Positions 59,053-64,000 of a DNA stretch of 64,000 nucleotides are shown here, piece by piece (within the stretch, counting starts at the first letter, position 1; each line of letters opens with the position of its first letter). The stretch covers positions 416,001 through 480,000 of the forward strand of contig CAWCKY010000006.1 of the NCBI GenBank assembly GCA_963796275.1, written 5' to 3'. A program made the translations under genes and the position numbers. This DNA comes from an uncultured Acidobacteriota bacterium (GTDB lineage: Bacteria; Acidobacteriota; Blastocatellia; RBC074). Below the pieces are notes generated by a model. That model did not search any database and had not been told where the DNA came from. It was given only the letters and a program-made list of their open reading frames with translations.

Positions 59053-59985
59053 ATGATCGATTTTACAAAGATGACGACGGCGGGATTAATCGAACTGCTG
59101 TTGAAAGAAGAGGATCGGGTAACCGAGCAGCACATAAAAGAACTTATCGGCCGGGGAGAAGACGCTGCTGCTCCGTTGCGCGATGTTTTAACGAACGAAG
59201 ATTTCTGGTACGAGGGAACAAGCGGAGATCACTGGATGCCGGTTCACGCGATCGTAACTCTCGGCGCGATGCGCGATGAAATGGCATTTCCCGATCTCAT
59301 CGAGATGGTCCCGCATGCCTATTTCTCAAATCATGAAGGGGTGATGCAGGTCCTGCCCGCCGCATTGGCTGAATATGGGGACAAAGCCATAGAGCCGTAT
59401 ATGAGGTTCATCACCCAATATCGGGGAGCCTATTGGGACAATCCCGATTTTTCGTCAAGTCGACGTGATTTCTCGGCGGCTCTGACCCGAATTGCGCTCA
59501 GCGGCGATCTCGCCCGGAGCCGCGTCACCGATTTCATTTGCGATACCTTCGCCGACGCGGAAGAAGACGATTCACTTTTTCTCTCTTTGTGCGCCGCACA
59601 TCCCGTGGCGCTCGATAAAGATAGGGGTTTGAGAGCGCTGCGTATGGCCTTTAGCCGCGGCGCCATCGATGAAGCGATAACCGGGAGATTCAAGGAACTG
59701 GTCGAATCGCTCGAAGACCCGCACTCGAACGCCTACGGCGAGATCGAATATGGCCTGTTCGAATTCTATAATCCCGAGTCGGTCGATGAGCGACGACGCG
59801 AGAGAATGGAAAAGGAGAAAGAGGAAGGAAAGCTTTACTGGGAGATCGAGGATAAGCAAGTCCCTTCCGGTTATGAAGTGACAGTCGATGGAATCATCCA
59901 CAACTTACAGAAGATAGGACGCAACGATCCATGCCACTGCGGGTCGGGTAAGAAGTATAAAAAATGTTGTGGCACAGACAGATAA
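59053..59985 (+). CDS. SEC-C motif protein with a helical (DUF1186-like) N-terminal domain
   Basis: C-terminal [20 protein letters not shown] and N-terminal [11 protein letters not shown]. Confidence 0.8.
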   Translation: MIDFTKMTTAGLIELLLKEEDRVTEQHIKELIGRGEDAAAPLRDVLTNEDFWYEGTSGDHWMPVHAIVTLGAMRDEMAFPDLIEMVPHAYFSNHEGVMQVLPAALAEYGDKAIEPYMRFITQYRGAYWDNPDFSSSRRDFSAALTRIALSGDLARSRVTDFICDTFADAEEDDSLFLSLCAAHPVALDKDRGLRALRMAFSRGAIDEAITGRFKELVESLEDPHSNAYGEIEYGLFEFYNPESVDERRRERMEKEKEEGKLYWEIEDKQVPSGYEVTVDGIIHNLQKIGRNDPCHCGSGKKYKKCCGTDR

Positions 59986-60134
59986 TATGACATACTTTTT
60001 ATGCTTTGCCTTAAAGCACTAAGACCCCTTCACCTTAATACCATTGTTCCTCATTTATCCACCTTGAGTGATCAGTTTTTAACTCGAGTTATGTTGCAAA
60101 TGAACCAGGAATAACGAAGATCGGAGGAAATGTA

Positions 60135-61706
60135 ATGATCAGAGTTGGATACTTTCTTTTGGGCGCAGCACTTTTGGTCTTGCTCGTTGCTGCCGCTTTA
60201 GCCCAGGGCGAGCAGTCTGCGGATGAAAAAAATAATGACATCACGCGCAAGACGCTGGCCGTCAGATATACCGAGAATAAAAAAACCAGCGTCAATATCA
60301 CGGGTACGCCGGTCGCCCCCCGAATCACGGGGAAGGGCGAGGTCGAATACAAAAAGAATGATGCGCGGATCAAGCTGAAAGTGGAGAACCTGGATAATCC
60401 GCAGTCTTATGGCCCGTTTTATACGACCTATGTTGTTTGGGCGGTAACCCCCGAGGGACAGACGGAGAACCTGATCGAACTGCCCAGCGGAAATAAAGTG
60501 GATGTTGAAACCAAGTCCGCCGCGCAGACCTTCGGATTCATCATAACCGCCGAACCGCACAGCGCCGTCAGAATGCCTTCTCAAAAAGTAGTTGCCGAGA
60601 CGACCTTGCGAAAGAACATGATTTCGCCGCCTCAGACAACGGAAGCGGAATACCGCATGGACAAGGGAAATCTTTACGAGGTCTCCAGCGCTGACGCAAT
60701 AGTGTTGCAGCCGGATTACACAACTCCGCGTCTGGTCCTCGGTGCGCGCCGGTCTCTCGATATTGCCCGCCGCGCGGGGGCGCGGGAATTTGCGACGGAT
60801 GCATTCCAACAGGCGCAGAGCATGCTCCAGACGTTGGAACAGACCTGGCCGCTTAATTTGAAGAGCGAGACCAAATTCAGCGGTCTGGCTCGGGATGTCC
60901 AGCGGCTCGGGCAGGTCGCGCGCGATAAAGCGATCGAAAGTGAATACCTGGCGCGCATCGAAAATGAGCGGCAGTCGCGTTTGCGCAGTCTGGAGGAGGC
61001 GCGCGCCCGGGCGGAAGCTGCACAGGCTGAGGCCGAGCGCGTCAAGCTGGAAGCGGATCGCGCCCGCGCTGAAGCGGAGCGAGCCAAGGCCGAAGCGGAA
61101 CTCGCCGAGCGAAAAGCCGCGGAAGAGCGGGTCCGCCGCGAGCAATCTACCCGCGAGGCCGAAGCTGCTCGAGCCAAGGCGGAATCCGATCGTCTGGCTG
61201 CGGCCTCCGCCCAGCAAGCCGCCCAGCAAGCTTTGAAACTGGCTGAGGATGCAAAACGCGAACGAGATACAGCTCTCCAGCGTCTTTATGTTTCCCTCTC
61301 GGAGATTCTGGAAACGAAGCGTGAGACGCGCGGATTCATCGTCAACATCGGCGACGTTCTCTTCGATACCGGCAAGGCCACGCTCAAGTCAGGGGCCCGG
61401 GAGAAACTGAGCAAGCTGGCGGGAATTCTGCTCGCATACCCCGGCACGCTGACCATCGAGATAGAAGGGCACACCGATAGTACAGGGTCGGATGACCTCA
61501 ATAACAAATTATCGCTGAATCGGGCGGAATCCGTGCGGGAATACCTGGTGCAGTCGAGCGTCAAGGGCGAGCGAATCAAATCGGTCCAGGGGTTCGGCAA
61601 GAGCAAGCCGATAGCATCTAACGATTCCTCGGCCGGCCGCCAGATGAACCGTCGCGTCGAAGTCGTCATAGATGATCAGGCGCAATCTCAAGCTAAAGAA
61701 CAATAG
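60135..61706 (+). CDS. OmpA family protein with a long coiled coil
   Basis: Signal peptide, [10 protein letters not shown] domain, E/A/R-rich coil, then [17 protein letters not shown] and NRRVE. Confidence 0.9.
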   Translation: MIRVGYFLLGAALLVLLVAAALAQGEQSADEKNNDITRKTLAVRYTENKKTSVNITGTPVAPRITGKGEVEYKKNDARIKLKVENLDNPQSYGPFYTTYVVWAVTPEGQTENLIELPSGNKVDVETKSAAQTFGFIITAEPHSAVRMPSQKVVAETTLRKNMISPPQTTEAEYRMDKGNLYEVSSADAIVLQPDYTTPRLVLGARRSLDIARRAGAREFATDAFQQAQSMLQTLEQTWPLNLKSETKFSGLARDVQRLGQVARDKAIESEYLARIENERQSRLRSLEEARARAEAAQAEAERVKLEADRARAEAERAKAEAELAERKAAEERVRREQSTREAEAARAKAESDRLAAASAQQAAQQALKLAEDAKRERDTALQRLYVSLSEILETKRETRGFIVNIGDVLFDTGKATLKSGAREKLSKLAGILLAYPGTLTIEIEGHTDSTGSDDLNNKLSLNRAESVREYLVQSSVKGERIKSVQGFGKSKPIASNDSSAGRQMNRRVEVVIDDQAQSQAKEQ

Positions 61707-61716
61707 GCGCAGGAAG

Positions 61717-61756
61717 CAGGCGGTTCGTGCCGATCTAGCTCGAGCGAACCGCCTGC
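61717..61756 (+). terminator. Hairpin after the OmpA family gene
   Basis: gcaggcggttcg ... cgaaccgcctgc 12-bp stem with a weak U tail. Confidence 0.5.
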
Positions 61757-61770
61757 CGCTCGCTTTACGG

Positions 61771-61799
61771 TTGACATTTCTGTATTCGTCTAATAAAAT
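61771..61799 (+). promoter_or_regulatory. Near-consensus sigma70 promoter for mutS2
   Basis: TTGACA-17 nt-TAAAAT. Confidence 0.75.
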
Positions 61800-61853
61800 C
61801 CATCGGTTTGAGCATAAATATCTACAAGTTTGACCTCAGAACAGACTAAGACC

Positions 61854-64000
61854 ATGCAGCGTCAGGCTATTCATACCCTTGAATTCGATAAGCTCAAGGA
61901 AGTGCTTGCGCAGAAAGTGCGCACTCCATTGGGTGAGGCGTTGATTGAAGACCTGAAGGTCTCGGATCGCGAAGAAGAGATATTGCTGGAGTTACGGCGC
62001 ACGAGCGAAGGAGTAGCCTATCTGCGTGAAGGGACGGCGCTGGACATTCACGATCTGCCCGATCCCAGGGTAGCGCTCGGCAAATTGAATGTCGCCGATG
62101 TCAATCTCGAACCATTCGAAATACTAGACCTTTTGCGTTTGATCTCGGTGGCCATGGGATTGCGGGAAACATTTCAAACGGAAGCTGAAAAATACCCGCT
62201 GTTTCGGGAGATCACCGGGACCATACCGAATCTGCGGGCCCTCTACCAGCGCCTGCGCGGGCGCATTTCGCCAAACGGGGAGATCGAAGATTTCGCCAGT
62301 CCCGAGTTGCGCGAAGTGAGGTTTCAAATGGCGAAGTTGCGCGCGCAGATTCAACGATCGCTCGAAGGCATACTCAAACGGGCGGAAGAAGGCCACGCGC
62401 TGCGCGATGATTTCATCACCATTCGTAACGAGCGTTACGTCATACCGATCCGAAACGACAACCGCGGCGTAGTCGCAGGGGTCGTCCACGGGGTGTCATC
62501 TTCCGGCCAGACCGTCTTCGTTGAACCGCTCGATACGATTAACATGAATAACGAGCTGGTGCGGCTGCGCGAGGAGGAGCAGGCTGAGATCACCAAGATT
62601 CTCTTCGTGATCACGGAGGAACTGCGCGAGGAGCGCGCAAGTTTACGGACAATGGCTGATGCCGTGGCGACGGTCGATTTCGTCGCGGCCAAGGCGAGAC
62701 TCGCGATCGGACAGAATGCCATCGAGCCCAGGATTAATAAAAACGGCGGACTCGCGCTCGAGGGCGCACGCCATCCGCTGCTCGAAGAGAGTTTGAAAGC
62801 GCAGGGGCTGCCGATCGTTCCGATCTCGCTCGAGCTCGATGCTGAAAATCGCGTCATGGTGGTCAGCGGACCGAACGCGGGCGGCAAAACCGTTGTGCTC
62901 AAGACCGTCGGGTTGCTCTCGTTGATGGCGCAGGCGGGGATGCACGTCCCCGCGACGAATGCCGATTTGCCTGTCTTCAATCAGGTGCTGGCGGATATCG
63001 GCGATCATCAATCCATCGCGGCCAACCTCTCGACTTTCACGGCACACATCCAGAATATTCGCGAGATCAGCGACGAGCTCGATCCGCCGGCGCTGGTGCT
63101 GCTGGATGAAGTTGGAACCGGGACCGATCCTGAGGAAGGCTCGGCTTTGGGCGTCGCCATGGTCGACTACTTCCGCAATCGCGGGGCACACATCATCGTG
63201 ACGACTCATTACAGCGGATTAAAGATTTACGCGACGAACACATCAGGGGTGATCAACGCGAGCGTGGAATTCGACGAAAGAACGCTGAAGCCGACCTATC
63301 ATCTTCTGACCGGTATCGCCGGATCCTCGTCGGGAATCGAGATCGCCCGCCGCGTCGGGCTGCCGAAGGCCATCACCGACCAGGCTGCCGAGAAGGTCAA
63401 AACATCGAGCGCCGATGCATCAGAATACCTGCGAAGGCTGAAAGAACAGTTCGATCAACAGCAACAGACCAACGCCGCGCTTGATGAGGAACGGGCGGCG
63501 GTTGCCGAAAAGTATGCCCGGCTCGAGCTCGATTTCAACAAACGCGAGCGGGCGCGCGAGCAAGAGTTCCGCAATGAATTGCAAAAAGTCGTCGGCGCGT
63601 TCGGGGAGCGAGCCGAAAAATTCTTTGCCACCATAGAAGATGCAGCCGCGGCGCGGCGCGTGCGGAAAGAGATCGAACGGCGATCGGTCGACCTTAAAGT
63701 GGCCGCCAGCACCGCCGCCCGTCAGTTCCATCAGGAGACCGGAACAAACGCTCAATCCGAGGCTTCACCAGAAAGTCAGCGAGAAGCCAGTAGCGGAGAG
63801 CCCGTCGATTTCCAGATCGGCGATCGCGTACGACTGGTGTCGCTCGGCCAGGAAGGGATGGTCGAATCGGTTAACGATGATGAGGTCGGCGTTCAGGTGG
63901 GGGCGTTGCGATTCCGTGAGCGGAGAGAGAACTTGAGTTTGATCGAGCGTCGTCGTGAGACGAAGAAATCGGCAAAGGCGGCCATCGGGCTTCCAAAAGG
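61854..64000 (+). CDS. mutS2: MutS2 family protein, running off the right edge (not in ORF track)
   Basis: [14 protein letters not shown] start, then [37 protein letters not shown] and TTHY. Confidence 0.93.
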   Translation, partial: MQRQAIHTLEFDKLKEVLAQKVRTPLGEALIEDLKVSDREEEILLELRRTSEGVAYLREGTALDIHDLPDPRVALGKLNVADVNLEPFEILDLLRLISVAMGLRETFQTEAEKYPLFREITGTIPNLRALYQRLRGRISPNGEIEDFASPELREVRFQMAKLRAQIQRSLEGILKRAEEGHALRDDFITIRNERYVIPIRNDNRGVVAGVVHGVSSSGQTVFVEPLDTINMNNELVRLREEEQAEITKILFVITEELREERASLRTMADAVATVDFVAAKARLAIGQNAIEPRINKNGGLALEGARHPLLEESLKAQGLPIVPISLELDAENRVMVVSGPNAGGKTVVLKTVGLLSLMAQAGMHVPATNADLPVFNQVLADIGDHQSIAANLSTFTAHIQNIREISDELDPPALVLLDEVGTGTDPEEGSALGVAMVDYFRNRGAHIIVTTHYSGLKIYATNTSGVINASVEFDERTLKPTYHLLTGIAGSSSGIEIARRVGLPKAITDQAAEKVKTSSADASEYLRRLKEQFDQQQQTNAALDEERAAVAEKYARLELDFNKRERAREQEFRNELQKVVGAFGERAEKFFATIEDAAAARRVRKEIERRSVDLKVAASTAARQFHQETGTNAQSEASPESQREASSGEPVDFQIGDRVRLVSLGQEGMVESVNDDEVGVQVGALRFRERRENLSLIERRRETKKSAKAAIGLPK

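Noticed and set aside
60198-61229. Long antisense ORFs here and elsewhere (for example 5643-6515 and 22504-23319)
   Set aside because: They are shadow frames of well-supported genes in GC-rich DNA and show no recognisable motifs.

Overview
A 64-kb stretch of moderately GC-rich bacterial chromosome. The gene content points to Acidobacteriota (inference: carboxypeptidase-domain TonB receptor, PSD1/DUF1501 pair, coiled-coil OmpA, PIG-L/SSS pair). It is mostly housekeeping: recQ, htpX, class II nrdJ, sod, degP, glyA, an Rrf2-sufB-Rid-sufCDSU operon, mpl, recF-gyrB, spoVR and mutS2. It also holds a SNF2 helicase/SWIM/tandem-DUF2889 cluster and several large uncharacterised exported proteins. Six genes appear broken by single-base indels (nrdJ, SNF2, PSD1, gyrB, a Tat protein and probably the 1346-aa heme protein), most likely long-read errors. 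Features absent from the ORF track include a yybP-ykoY (Mn2+) riboswitch with promoter and terminator in front of htpX, tandem NrdR boxes over the nrdJ promoter, a 241-bp MITE with an 8-bp target duplication carrying nested REP-like palindromes, a 5x45-bp hairpin minisatellite and two small ORFs. The most unusual signal is a set of intergenic inverted arrays of degenerate 7-mers, often flush with stop codons, the largest lying between the SNF2 and SWIM genes. No rRNA, tRNA, CRISPR array or transposase was seen. All family assignments come from motif recognition, not database searches.
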